DNA of 46,431 nucleotides from positions 1-46,431 of IMG/VR virus record IMGVR_UViG_3300020045_009074. The stretch is one strand, 5' to 3'. The translations under genes were made by a program, and so were the position numbers. The notes beneath the pieces are model-generated. The model did no database searches. It was given only the letters and a program-made list of their open reading frames with translations, and was not told the origin of the DNA. Source of the stretch: a virus (lineage: Duplodnaviria; Caudoviricetes). This document shows positions 1-8,700 of this stretch, in pieces; within the stretch, counting starts at the first letter, position 1; every line of letters begins with the position of its first letter.

Positions 1-121
1 ACGTTCGGTTCGTCTGCCCTGCAAACCTCAACAAATGAATATTGGAATAGTCCTTTCCGTTGTCCCATCCAAAAAAGTTTTAGAACGCCATTCCTATAAT
101 TCTGATCGCCATTAAAATTAC
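1..121. repeat. Terminal direct repeat, copy 1 (circular assembly overlap)
   Basis: Identical to 46311-46431. Confidence 0.97.
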
Positions 122-314
122 ATTCGCCATCATCGTTGAGCTCAACCCAATCCCAACGAAATAGCAGATTCATATCAAAATCGGCGTCTCTATACTCGGA
201 AATAAAATCAGACCAGGATTTAAATTTACCTAAAGTATTATTATTAAAATAGTTAACTTCATGGCAATAATAGCTATGATTCACGTCCCATAGGTGGACT
301 TCATTGTCACTCAT
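1..314 (-). CDS. Hypothetical protein spanning the circular junction (124 aa, continues 46310 to 46250)
   Basis: ATG at 314 (MSDNEVHLWD...). Frame stays open across the junction to ...LLELWEPLK-TGA, whose stop overlaps the next ATG (ATGA). Confidence 0.8.
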   Translation of the reverse strand, partial: MSDNEVHLWDVNHSYYCHEVNYFNNNTLGKFKSWSDFISEYRDADFDMNLLFRWDWVELNDDGECNFNGDQNYRNGVLKLFWMGQRKGLFQYSFVEVCRADEPN

Positions 315-563
315 GATTTTAATTTCCCATAAACCATCCGATTAACCTCAACCCAATACGTAAACCAGAATTGCATGGGGAGGCCGATGAAGTAATAGTC
401 GTAGTCGATCGATCTCATTCAAATATCCATTCGACTAATCTCCCAACAATGACGATAAATGCAATGATGCCAACGATTTCAAACCAACCCAAATTAATTT
501 TATCGATTAACTTTAATGTAAAAAGAATTAATACTAGACCTTCAATGAAACTTATCGGATGGG

Positions 564-758
564 TCATTTTTGTTTCCTCATCGCGCGGCCTTTCATCGCC
601 TTATCGAGTAGATCAAGGCACATACCAAGGTGTAGGTTTGCACTCTCAATCAAATAATCATCAATCTCTGGGTCGGATTTTAATTCTGAGGTGAATGAAT
701 GCAATTTTTGAGAAATATCCATAATTATTTCTTCGTCAGATATGCTTAGTTTAGTCAT
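564..758 (-). CDS. Hypothetical protein
   Basis: Start overlaps the end of the Ro60 gene; operon-like packing. Confidence 0.6.
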   Translation of the reverse strand: MTKLSISDEEIIMDISQKLHSFTSELKSDPEIDDYLIESANLHLGMCLDLLDKAMKGRAMRKQK

Positions 759-2073
759 TTTTGTTTCCTAAATTCGCTTCATAAGCTTGTATGTAATCAA
801 TGATTGATTCCGACCATCCATCGATATGCATCCATTTACCATAACCGACACCATTCTTGTAAGTGCCTACATTGATGATATAGCCGAGTCCATTGGGCGA
901 GATAATTCCATCGGCTGTTTGTTCGTCCGTTATAACAATTAGTCGATCATAAGGAACTTTTTCGTTAATCGCTCGAATAGATTCTGCTAAGTATGTTCCG
1001 CCATGAGGTTGGCTACCCATCATCGCATCGCGTAGTGCAAAACCACGTCGAGGAGCAACTTGAACAATGCGATGTGAGAATGTGAAAATTGCTCCTTCTT
1101 CGCAAATTTCACGTAATAAGATTCCAAGTCCGAACCCGGCATCCATGCAGGTTGTTTCTGATTTGTTAGATAAAGGATCCATCATTGATCCTGATACATC
1201 CAATAATAGAACCGTCGTGCCAGGTAACTTTTTTTGACCTTCTAGACATTTCATCATCAGTGGCTCTAGAACATCTTCCCATTGGGGAACAATGCGCGCG
1301 GCAGTAATGAATCTGAATGGCAAAATGCGATCAACGTTTAAGGTTGCAGCATATTCGGCAATAAACTTTTTGTTTATTCCGACATCATGCATATTGCGTA
1401 GATTGCGTAGGAAGGCTAATGCGCCAAGTTTTTTCTCGGACATTAAACGTTCAAAAGATTCCTTTTTGTCTGCGCCGCCGGATAGAGCGACTTCCCAAGT
1501 ATCGGGTGTAACAAGGGAGTTATTTGCCAATCGCTTCCATAACGCAGCCTGTTCGTCATCTTTTGGTTTTGCGTGCGAAAGGAACAAAACATCCCGCAAT
1601 TTGACCTTATTGTCGCGATTATATTTTGCTAATTCGTATTCGTTAAATTTACGAAGCGCGCGAGCGAGGCCAATTTTTATTTGCTTGGCAATCGGCTTCT
1701 TCCCGTCTTTCCAGTACAAGCTTAGAAATTCGGTTAATTCGTCTGGGCGTTGAATGATGCGCTCAAGTAAATCCCCCATTAAACGACCACCTTTACGTGA
1801 TGCAAGGGCACACGCGAGTAATAAGGGTACATGACGTAGCTTCATTTTCTCGCGCGCTTCAATGGCGATTCCAGCGACTTTTTCAAATGAAAGTTTTGAA
1901 GCTGATTCTAAGATTCGATCGACGATCGATTCACCATCTTCGTAAAATGTGTTTTCCCATAACATGCATGCCATGACGGTGCGGCGAAGTTGTTGCTCGG
2001 GATTGAGAATGCGCGCAACTGCGCCTTCGTGGGTGAACTGTTCCGCGCGAGCGGAAGTATTGATGCTAGCCAT
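751..2073 (-). CDS. rsr: Ro60/Rsr-like RNA-binding protein (TROVE + vWA domains)
   Basis: TROVE-type motifs (WENTFYEDG, IQRPDELTE, FNEYELAKY, LRDVLFLSHAKP, TWE, ALAFLRNLRN, LPFRF) and vWA MIDAS DVSGS ... GGT ... VITDEQ; Y RNAs directly upstream. Confidence 0.93.
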   Translation of the reverse strand: MASINTSARAEQFTHEGAVARILNPEQQLRRTVMACMLWENTFYEDGESIVDRILESASKLSFEKVAGIAIEAREKMKLRHVPLLLACALASRKGGRLMGDLLERIIQRPDELTEFLSLYWKDGKKPIAKQIKIGLARALRKFNEYELAKYNRDNKVKLRDVLFLSHAKPKDDEQAALWKRLANNSLVTPDTWEVALSGGADKKESFERLMSEKKLGALAFLRNLRNMHDVGINKKFIAEYAATLNVDRILPFRFITAARIVPQWEDVLEPLMMKCLEGQKKLPGTTVLLLDVSGSMMDPLSNKSETTCMDAGFGLGILLREICEEGAIFTFSHRIVQVAPRRGFALRDAMMGSQPHGGTYLAESIRAINEKVPYDRLIVITDEQTADGIISPNGLGYIINVGTYKNGVGYGKWMHIDGWSESIIDYIQAYEANLGNKND

Positions 2074-2093
2074 ACCTATCCTTTGGTTAAAGT

Positions 2094-2152
2094 GGGGGAA
2101 TAAACGAACACGGGTTTATATACCCATGATGTATCCGTGTTCAACGCCACCC
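2094..2152 (-). ncRNA. Short Y RNA (YrlB-like; Ro-binding stem without tRNA module)
   Basis: Minus strand GGGTGGCGTT-GAACACGG...CCGTGTTC-GTTTATTCCCCC shares the GTGGCG...CGTTTATTCCC ends with the adjacent YrlA-like RNA. Confidence 0.75.
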
Positions 2153-2161
2153 AAAACTGAT

Positions 2162-2287
2162 GCGGGAATAAACGAAACCGGAGCTTTCACTATTGCTCTA
2201 CCACTGAGCTATTGGCTTTTCAACCAAGATGGACTCGAACCATCGACCAACAGTTTTCAATTGAAGTAACCGATTTCTTCGCCACGC
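2162..2287 (-). ncRNA. yrlA: YrlA-like Y RNA with a circularly permuted tRNA-like domain
   Basis: Terminal stem GCGTGGCGAAGAAATCGG/CCGGTTTCGTTTATTCCCGC encloses a T arm (GATGG TTCGAGT CCATC), a loop-closed acceptor stem (TTGGTT GAAA AGCCAA) and a D arm (TAGCTCAGTGGTAGAGC). Confidence 0.9.
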
Positions 2288-2300
2288 AAACTTAAACTTT

Positions 2301-2331
2301 GCACCCTAGATATTTATGACTGCTAGGGTGC
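2301..2331. other. Hairpin immediately 5' of the Y RNAs (processing or termination signal?)
   Basis: GCACCCTAG-N13-CTAGGGTGC perfect 9-bp inverted repeat. Confidence 0.5.
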
Positions 2332-2349
2332 GACTTTACTTCAAAACAA

Positions 2350-2748
2350 TTAAAGTTGCAACTCAATTCCCAATTCATTAACTGCATAAGCTTCAACGAG
2401 ATCCATGTATTCTGCAAATTCCGCTGTTGAATAATCTGTTGTAGACAGCGTACTCAATTTTCCACTCGGTGTTTCTTCGTAACCGATAAACATGCCCTTA
2501 AATTCTTCATGCCAAGCTCTTGGGCTAAATTGTTTGCCATTGACCCATGCGCACTCAGAAATGCAGTTAAGAATTTTCCAGTAGCGTTTATTTTGTTTGT
2601 AATTGCGTTTCGCTTTGTGCTTTTCTACAGTGATCGATAAAGGCTTCCCTTGTTCCGACAAAACAAACCAATTGACTTTTAAGAATGCGTATAAGTTTTG
2701 GAAGGCCGCTTCATTTCGCAACACAAAGGTGCGGACAAGAGTAGTCAT
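2350..2748 (-). CDS. ninB: NinB/Orf-like recombination protein
   Basis: KRNYKQNKRYW ... WHEEFK ... STTDYSTAEFAEYMDLVEAYA pattern. Confidence 0.75.
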   Translation of the reverse strand: MTTLVRTFVLRNEAAFQNLYAFLKVNWFVLSEQGKPLSITVEKHKAKRNYKQNKRYWKILNCISECAWVNGKQFSPRAWHEEFKGMFIGYEETPSGKLSTLSTTDYSTAEFAEYMDLVEAYAVNELGIELQL

Positions 2749-3257
2749 TAAACTTTAATTTCCAATCGAATGCCGCCGTCATTTAAACGTGCGCCAGGGA
2801 TTTCGATACCTTCCTTTAGCGCTTCTCTAATTTCAATTTTATTGGGCGTTGGCGGTGGGGCTAATGGTTTCCTCATATAATTTTCTGGAATTAACTTTTC
2901 ATCATAGATTTCAACTGATCGCGGAAGTTTTCTAAGCGCCATTTTTAAATACGGCGATTCTATTTTTGTAATCCCCGAATTCACCATATTTACTTCTAAG
3001 TATTTTTTGATACTTAGTATTCTCGCTACTATTCGTTCGCGGCGTTTTTCCATTCCCAATATAGCCTCATAAATAGCATCATCAGTTGCCTCTAAATTGC
3101 GGATAAACATCGCCACATTTTTCGCTTTTTCTTCAAAATCACCGGCCATGCCTTCAAGTGTGTCGGCAATTGTTTGCTCATCAAAATCGAGATTCGACAA
3201 TTGCTCAGCCGCTTGCCGATATTCGGCGGCAAGCTCATAGAGGGTAATATTGCTCAT
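2748..3257 (-). CDS. Siphovirus Gp157-family protein
   Basis: LYELAAEY N-terminus, coiled coil, IPENY...PNKIEIREALKEG.EIPGARL C-terminus. Confidence 0.85.
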   Translation of the reverse strand: MSNITLYELAAEYRQAAEQLSNLDFDEQTIADTLEGMAGDFEEKAKNVAMFIRNLEATDDAIYEAILGMEKRRERIVARILSIKKYLEVNMVNSGITKIESPYLKMALRKLPRSVEIYDEKLIPENYMRKPLAPPPTPNKIEIREALKEGIEIPGARLNDGGIRLEIKV

Positions 3258-3266
3258 GGCGCTTTC

Positions 3267-3929
3267 TTAGAATGGAATGTCATCGTCCGGGAATTCTGAA
3301 TCAATAACTGAATTATTCATTTTAGGAATTTGTTGTTCAGGATTCGATCTTATTGCTTCAATCCATTCTGGGCTGCGCTTGATAGCTTCTTGTAGTTTCT
3401 CGTGAAATGTGGCGAATACATTCATGTCGGGCTCATCTAAGTTGAAGATGACTGAGCCATGAACCGGTGCGGGCTTAGCATTTTTCAATGCGGATGGTAA
3501 AGGAGTAATGCCCACAACATTGGTATATGCATTCCCATTCGTCTCGCTAGTGGCCACATTGAGCATACAATACGCGCCAATCAATTTTGAAACGTCGAAA
3601 GCTTTAGCTTCTTCTTCGCTGAAGTCTCGGCCACGCCATGCGGATAGATCTTTGCGCAGCGTCGCATTTTCGTGCAGGCTTACGGTATAGCTCTTACTGA
3701 TTGTCAATGGCATCAACTTCCCATCAATTTCAATTGTCAGTGGTTGGCCTTTTTCATCTTCGCCAAACAGCTCCCATCCAATTTTTATTTTATGTAAAAA
3801 CTTTGTTCCGTATTTTGTAGAAGATTCCTGAGTTCCGAGGTCAATCAAACTGTAGCAACGTCCAATATGCGCGCCAGATGGCACACGTTTGAAGTTACCG
3901 CCGCCACTGTCTTTTGCGATGAATCCCAT
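3267..3929 (-). CDS. Putative phage ssDNA-binding / replication accessory protein
   Basis: GAHIGRCYSLIDLGTQ N-terminus, OB-like beta pattern, acidic SSB-type tail DDDIPF. Confidence 0.7.
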   Translation of the reverse strand: MGFIAKDSGGGNFKRVPSGAHIGRCYSLIDLGTQESSTKYGTKFLHKIKIGWELFGEDEKGQPLTIEIDGKLMPLTISKSYTVSLHENATLRKDLSAWRGRDFSEEEAKAFDVSKLIGAYCMLNVATSETNGNAYTNVVGITPLPSALKNAKPAPVHGSVIFNLDEPDMNVFATFHEKLQEAIKRSPEWIEAIRSNPEQQIPKMNNSVIDSEFPDDDIPF

Positions 3930-4084
3930 TTCTCATTTCCTTTCGTATTGCCGACATTACGGGTGTCGGATGGCCCATTTAATTTTTCTTGAGATTGCAA
4001 CCATTCTTCATATTGTTGCTGCTCAAGTTGTTGCTGTTGTTGCCACGGATCGGCGTCATTCATGTTTTATAAATCCAATGTTTG

Positions 4085-4360
4085 TTAAGTCAAGTATTTC
4101 CTTAATTCATAAACGTCCGCCGATTTTTTCTGTGGAGGTTGATCGCATTCTTTAAACTCTCTAATTACTTTTATTGCACCGCTCACCACCAATGAAATCG
4201 ATATGCCATATAAGTAAAAAGCTATGAAGTATCCGATAAGATTTATATGTTTTGTCCACGCAGAATAAAAAGAAATTGATTGTATCGCCAATAGCGAAGT
4301 ACATAAAATAACTATCAATGCGACACGTAATTTCACAGCGTGACCTTTGCCTTTCTCCAC
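4085..4360 (-). CDS. Hypothetical membrane protein (2 TM)
   Basis: Two hydrophobic segments. Confidence 0.5.
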   Translation of the reverse strand: MEKGKGHAVKLRVALIVILCTSLLAIQSISFYSAWTKHINLIGYFIAFYLYGISISLVVSGAIKVIREFKECDQPPQKKSADVYELRKYLT

Positions 4361-4445
4361 GACTCTTTAGCCGAATAGCCACGCTTTTTCCAATAAAAAA
4401 AATACTCAACCATTCTGGGAACATTTTTCAATATTTTCGTAAAAC

Positions 4446-4763
4446 TCATACGGATAATCCACTTTCTGAATAAAAATGTTCTTCGGCAATTTCATCGCAA
4501 TGTAATTGAATATAGTCAAACTGTTTTTTTGTGAGTAATGGAATAATGTTGATCGTGCACTCTGGTAAAAAAACACCATGAATTATTGCATAAGCTGCGG
4601 ATGGCGGTTCGTCTTGTAATCCGCCTATGCGCTGCGCAACGGGTGCAATCATGTCATATTTTACTTGTACATCGATTGGCAGATTAATTTTGTCTGAGTA
4701 CATTATAAAATCCTCAATTAAAATCGTTAGGGCTTGGGGTTTTTTTAGTTGACTCAATAACAC
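4446..4763 (-). CDS. Hypothetical protein (true start probably internal, MYSDK)
   Basis: GAGG precedes the internal ATG. Confidence 0.55.
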   Translation of the reverse strand: MLLSQLKKPQALTILIEDFIMYSDKINLPIDVQVKYDMIAPVAQRIGGLQDEPPSAAYAIIHGVFLPECTINIIPLLTKKQFDYIQLHCDEIAEEHFYSESGLSV

Positions 4764-4974
4764 ATTCCAACGTTTTGATAAGAATCTCTTCGCCGTATGT
4801 GGATATAACTATGTTCACATAAACAGATAGTAAGGCATTTAAAAAAATAGAGACATCTTCTCTAGGCCAATTATCGGCTGGATATTTTTCCATTAAAAAA
4901 TGGGCTATCTCAAGTTCCTTGGAATGAATTTTATTATAAAGATCATAATCGATTTCATCTGGCTGCATTATCAA
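4714..4974 (-). CDS. Hypothetical helical protein (local paralog set)
   Basis: RBS GAGG; motif shared with 4979-5272 and 5373-5615. Confidence 0.6.
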   Translation of the reverse strand: MIMQPDEIDYDLYNKIHSKELEIAHFLMEKYPADNWPREDVSIFLNALLSVYVNIVISTYGEEILIKTLECVIESTKKTPSPNDFN

Positions 4975-4978
4975 ATCC

Positions 4979-5272
4979 TCAATTGGCTCTAAGTTTAATT
5001 CCGGCAGTGGCTGAATTTAGTGCCTCGAGTAGGCATACTGGCCCCCACGTATCTAGAAATGTACCAATGGCAAAAGCCAATAGGGCTGATGCATAAATGC
5101 CAGCTTCTTTGTCGCTTTCGAAGCACGGTCTTTCGTCTACCAATCGTCCGACTTCGTTATGGACTTCTTTGATGTATTCATTTTGATTTTGCATGGCGTG
5201 CTCCTTTTTTAAGTGAGGGCTCGGCTTTGATTTTCCCGAAATATCCATCAATACTATAACGCGCACAAGCAT
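4979..5272 (-). CDS. Hypothetical helical protein (true start probably MQNQN)
   Basis: AGGAG before the internal ATG; paralog motif. Confidence 0.55.
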   Translation of the reverse strand: MLVRVIVLMDISGKSKPSPHLKKEHAMQNQNEYIKEVHNEVGRLVDERPCFESDKEAGIYASALLAFAIGTFLDTWGPVCLLEALNSATAGIKLRAN

Positions 5273-5360
5273 CTAAAATAGCATCACAAGTAGATCGGTA
5301 GATGCCGTAATAGATTTTGGTGCCGCTATCATTTGTGAAGGTTAGTTTGCATGGGATCAT
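5178..5360 (-). CDS. Hypothetical protein
   Basis: Packed between neighbours, AAGG RBS. Confidence 0.5.
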   Translation of the reverse strand: MIPCKLTFTNDSGTKIYYGIYRSTCDAILDACARYSIDGYFGKIKAEPSLKKGARHAKSK

Positions 5361-5372
5361 AATTTAAACCTT

Positions 5373-5615
5373 CTAATTAAGGTCACGTTTGAAATCTTCA
5401 ATCAATTTTTCAAGTGCTCCAATTGTTGCCTTTGGGCCAAACCACTTGCCGAAGTAAATTGAGGTCATCCCCATAAGCATTCCTGCGATAAGTTGAGGAT
5501 GATGGTCGATTTCTAATTCATCAACCAATTTATCTAATCTACTTGTTAAAGCACCACATGCCGCTTCTAACATCATTTGCACATGTTTATGTGACATTTG
5601 TTTTTCATGCATCAT
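5373..5615 (-). CDS. Hypothetical helical protein
   Basis: ATGA coupling with the upstream gene; paralog motif. Confidence 0.6.
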   Translation of the reverse strand: MMHEKQMSHKHVQMMLEAACGALTSRLDKLVDELEIDHHPQLIAGMLMGMTSIYFGKWFGPKATIGALEKLIEDFKRDLN

Positions 5616-5806
5616 GCAGCCCTTCTCAATAAATCGGTTTGCTCGCCAAACCTAACAATTGACTCTTTGCACCAATAAATGCGCTCGATAGGGTCACGAG
5701 GATATGGGGAGTCCATCAGCTTTTCTGCTAGTTGTTTTGTTAACTCTAATTCAATGGGTTTCGATCTAGTTGTGGTGCGATTCTGTGACAGGGTTTCAAT
5801 GTTCAT
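5612..5806 (-). CDS. First gene of the leftward early operon, hypothetical
   Basis: Strong RBS TAAGGAG. Confidence 0.65.
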   Translation of the reverse strand: MNIETLSQNRTTTRSKPIELELTKQLAEKLMDSPYPRDPIERIYWCKESIVRFGEQTDLLRRAA

Positions 5807-6032
5807 AAATTCTCCTTAGTCTTAATCGATTTACTTCTATTGCGATCCGACAAATTCATATTACAATAAAAAATTGTAAGTAAACTAGCAACAATAAAAA
5901 ATATTTATAATTTGTTGTTTTTCTGAAACGCACTAAGCCCGATGTGCAGTTAGTATATGGCACGCGCAACAATTAAGATGCAACAAAAATTGTTGTATTC
6001 TGTTTCATTCGATCCACAAATAAAAATAAAAA
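5807..6032. promoter_or_regulatory. Divergent early control region with operator-like palindromes
   Basis: AT-rich; TTACAAT-N5-ATTGTAA at 5861-5879 and CAACAA-N3-TTGTTG at 5981-5995. Confidence 0.55.
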
Positions 6033-6275
6033 ATGAATGAATTAAACAAAAAATCCGAAATTTGCAAAGTAGTTAAGAAGGTGAAGGGGCAAACCAATTT
6101 GGCGCGGTTAATTGGGGTGTCTGCGCAATGCGTGCAACTCATGGTCGCTAAAAACTGGGTATCGCCCAAACAATGTCTGAAAATCGAGGCACTCAAGTTA
6201 TCCACAAGAAAAAAGCTGAATCCGTGGATTTTTGACAAGAGGTATTTAAACGAAGCATTGAAAATATTGGGTTAA
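6033..6275 (+). CDS. Cro/YdaS-like HTH regulator
   Basis: GQTNLARLIGVSAQCV helix-turn-helix and L.P.IF tail; first rightward gene. Confidence 0.8.
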   Translation: MNELNKKSEICKVVKKVKGQTNLARLIGVSAQCVQLMVAKNWVSPKQCLKIEALKLSTRKKLNPWIFDKRYLNEALKILG

Positions 6276-6278
6276 ATC

Positions 6279-6464
6279 ATGGACTTAGACTTGATGCGTA
6301 TCGATCTCATAAAGGAGGCGGCGCGTAATGCCGCCATCGCGGGCAAATCATTAAATGATGCGTGTCCGTACCCGTGGCATAGCGATGCGGGGGTAGTGTT
6401 TAAAGAGGAATATCTGGCTCAAAAAGAGGCGTTAGGTGCTGTGCTAAATAGTTGGGGGAAGTGA
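6279..6464 (+). CDS. Small protein with an Rmf/CrpP-like CPY motif
   Basis: AAIAGKSLNDACPYP...F. Confidence 0.5.
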   Translation: MDLDLMRIDLIKEAARNAAIAGKSLNDACPYPWHSDAGVVFKEEYLAQKEALGAVLNSWGK

Positions 6465-7354
6465 TGGCTCTCAGGAAACTTCCCTGGTTTCGTATGTACG
6501 CAGAGTTCGCTACTGATGCGAAAGTTCAGATCATGCCGGAGGTAATGCAACGTCGGTTATTGATGTTATTTTGCCTCCGTTGCAGTAACGATCTTGTAAC
6601 GTTACAGTGTAACGAGATCGCGTTTCAACTACGAATTTCTGATGCTGAATTGGCGAAAACGAAAGCGCTTTTTTTGCGCCAAGGATTCATCAATGACGAT
6701 TGGGAGATACTCAATTGGGAGCAGCGGCAATTTTCGTCAGACTCAAGCGCAGAAAGGGTTGCAGAGCATCGGCGAAGAAAAAAAGAACAAGAAAAAAAAG
6801 ATGTAACGTTACAGTCACGTTCCTGTAACGCTATAGATACAGATACAGAAACAGATAAAGAACAAAAGACTCTTGGCCAAAATTCGATCGGATTTTCAAA
6901 ATTTTGGGCGGCTTACCCGAAAAAAAAATCAAAGGGTGCCGCCGAAAAAGCATTCAAATCGATCAAACCCGATGCGCAATTGCTCGAAGCGATGCTCAAG
7001 GCGATCGAGCGCGCTAAAATCTCGCCGGATTGGCTCAAGGATGGGGGTGCATTCATCCCGCACCCTGCAACCTGGCTGCGCGCCAAGGGGTGGGAGGACG
7101 AATTTACCGCACCGATTCCAAAGGGTCAAGATTCCTCAAAACCCTGGTTTGACACGGCTTCCGGGGTAATTAACCGGGGTGCAGAGTTGGGGTTGACGAT
7201 TGCTGACGGCGAGCCATTCCCACACTTCAAAGCCCGTGTTTACAAGGCTGCGGGCTGGGGGCCGTGGGTCGAGCGTGAGCTGGATGCAGCGCATCGAGTT
7301 AATCCAGATTTTGCGGCGAAGGTTGAGCGGTTTTACGAGGAGATTCGACCGTGA
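6452..7354 (+). CDS. Phage replication initiator (lambda O analogue)
   Basis: LPWFRMYAEF N-terminus, SAERVAEHRRRK, FSKFWAAYPKK...KAF...FIPHPATWL C-domain, internal iteron-like repeats. Confidence 0.8.
   Translation: MGEVMALRKLPWFRMYAEFATDAKVQIMPEVMQRRLLMLFCLRCSNDLVTLQCNEIAFQLRISDAELAKTKALFLRQGFINDDWEILNWEQRQFSSDSSAERVAEHRRRKKEQEKKDVTLQSRSCNAIDTDTETDKEQKTLGQNSIGFSKFWAAYPKKKSKGAAEKAFKSIKPDAQLLEAMLKAIERAKISPDWLKDGGAFIPHPATWLRAKGWEDEFTAPIPKGQDSSKPWFDTASGVINRGAELGLTIADGEPFPHFKARVYKAAGWGPWVERELDAAHRVNPDFAAKVERFYEEIRP
6585..6857. repeat. Putative replication origin iterons inside the initiator gene
   Basis: Palindrome TGTAACGTTACA at 6595-6606 and 6802-6813, further GTAACG copies, A-tract, GATACA-like tandem at 6836-6857. 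Confidence 0.6.
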
Positions 7355-7701
7355 CTTTTGCACAGAAAACCAAAAAACTGGGGTTGTCTGTCCTCGAGGA
7401 ATCGATTTGGGTTCAATTTAAGGCATCAAAAATCGATCTTCCGGTACGGGAACATACCTTTGCCTACCCGAGGCGTTTTCGATTCGATTTTGCGTGGCCT
7501 GAGCGAAAGTTGGCGGTCGAGTGTCAGGGGGGGATTTGGCGACCCGGAGGGGGTGCTCATAGTCGTCCTGCAAACATCGTTCGCGACAACGAAAAATCGA
7601 ATCTTGCGGCTGCACTCGGTTGGAAAGTGTATAAATTCGATATGAATGACATCAAATCTGGACGTGCATTACAAATTATCGAGGATGAATTAAAAAAATG
7701 A
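7351..7701 (+). CDS. DUF559/Vsr-like PD-(D/E)xK endonuclease
   Basis: FRFDFAWP...AVECQGG.W...H...RDNEK.N.A..LGW. Confidence 0.8.
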   Translation: MTFAQKTKKLGLSVLEESIWVQFKASKIDLPVREHTFAYPRRFRFDFAWPERKLAVECQGGIWRPGGGAHSRPANIVRDNEKSNLAAALGWKVYKFDMNDIKSGRALQIIEDELKK

Positions 7702-7997
7702 CTAAATCGAAGGCAGAATTAAAAATAACGTTGTTGAATGCAAAAATTCGTGCGGGGGTGCGTCGAAAATTAGCGTCTGAAGGATTTAATTCGCCAACAG
7801 CCGAAGTTTCGGATTTGTCAAAAACAATTGCGCGATTGCGGGGAATTAAAATTCCAGATACGGTGTCTGAACGCATGGCTTTAATTCGTGGGTATATGGA
7901 TAATGAATTTGGCGCGGAATTAGAACCAATTAAACCATTGGCTGGGTACGATAAGAAATTACGCAAAATTGCAGAAATTTGTGAGTTATCCCGATGA
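7698..7997 (+). CDS. Hypothetical protein
   Basis: ATGA overlaps on both sides. Confidence 0.65.
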   Translation: MTKSKAELKITLLNAKIRAGVRRKLASEGFNSPTAEVSDLSKTIARLRGIKIPDTVSERMALIRGYMDNEFGAELEPIKPLAGYDKKLRKIAEICELSR

Positions 7998-8443
7998 GCG
8001 ATGAAATTGAGAATTTACATTTGAAGCAATTGCAATTTCTGTTGAAGGATGAAATTTATAATTGGGTGCGTTGGGGAAGGATGCATGTCGGTGCGCCCAG
8101 GAAAATTAAATGTGTGTTGGGGGATTACTATCAAGCACGGGTAGGGGATGTGTTTGATGGAGAGGAATCTAGCCCGTTAGAAGCGCGCTTAGCGCCGATT
8201 GCCATCCAAAGGGCTGAGGAATTGAATGATCGCATCAATCGGCTTGCCGCGCGTCCTAAGCAAGCGTTTGTGATGTATTACCTAGATCGGGTTGCCATCG
8301 CCGGCAAAGTGATCCATGTTGCAAAAAAAGCAGAGCGAGCGAAGTTATTGGGCGTGGGCGAGCGGCAGTATCAAAACATTTTGCGTGAGGCGCTTAAGAC
8401 GTTGGCGCGGACGATCGTTTCTCCGACGACGAGAAAATATTAA
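7994..8443 (+). CDS. Putative Q-like antiterminator / late regulator
   Basis: NWVRW motif, C-terminal HTH (AKLLGVGERQYQNIL), last gene of the early right operon. Confidence 0.6.
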   Translation: MSDEIENLHLKQLQFLLKDEIYNWVRWGRMHVGAPRKIKCVLGDYYQARVGDVFDGEESSPLEARLAPIAIQRAEELNDRINRLAARPKQAFVMYYLDRVAIAGKVIHVAKKAERAKLLGVGERQYQNILREALKTLARTIVSPTTRKY

Positions 8444-8700
8444 TCTTGTTGGCTGGCATCATCTAAATTTCTCCGCAAATGTTTTTCGATGATGTCGGCT
8501 AAATGCAAAGAATCATCCCAGTCATTATCGCCATACTCATCACAAATATCACGCAAAACCGCAATCGCTTCCGATCTTTCAAGAATCAATGACGCAAATC
8601 TTTTATCATCACCGATCAAATGTTGATGACACAATCTCAGCATATGCCGCCATGCAGCATCACTCCCCAATTCAAAATTCAATTCATCAATCTCATTCAT
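8440..8700 (-). CDS. Hypothetical phage protein
   Basis: LRDICDEYGDNDWDDSLHLADIIEKHL; coupled to the upstream gene. Confidence 0.65.
   Translation of the reverse strand: MNEIDELNFELGSDAAWRHMLRLCHQHLIGDDKRFASLILERSEAIAVLRDICDEYGDNDWDDSLHLADIIEKHLRRNLDDASQQD

Noticed and set aside
1-121. Biological direct terminal repeat
   Set aside because: The 121-bp duplication falls in the middle of an ORF and looks like an assembler k-mer overlap of a circular contig
2170-2260. Ordinary tRNA gene or pseudogene upstream of Ro60
   Set aside because: The T arm precedes the D arm and the acceptor stem is loop-closed, which is the YrlA arrangement
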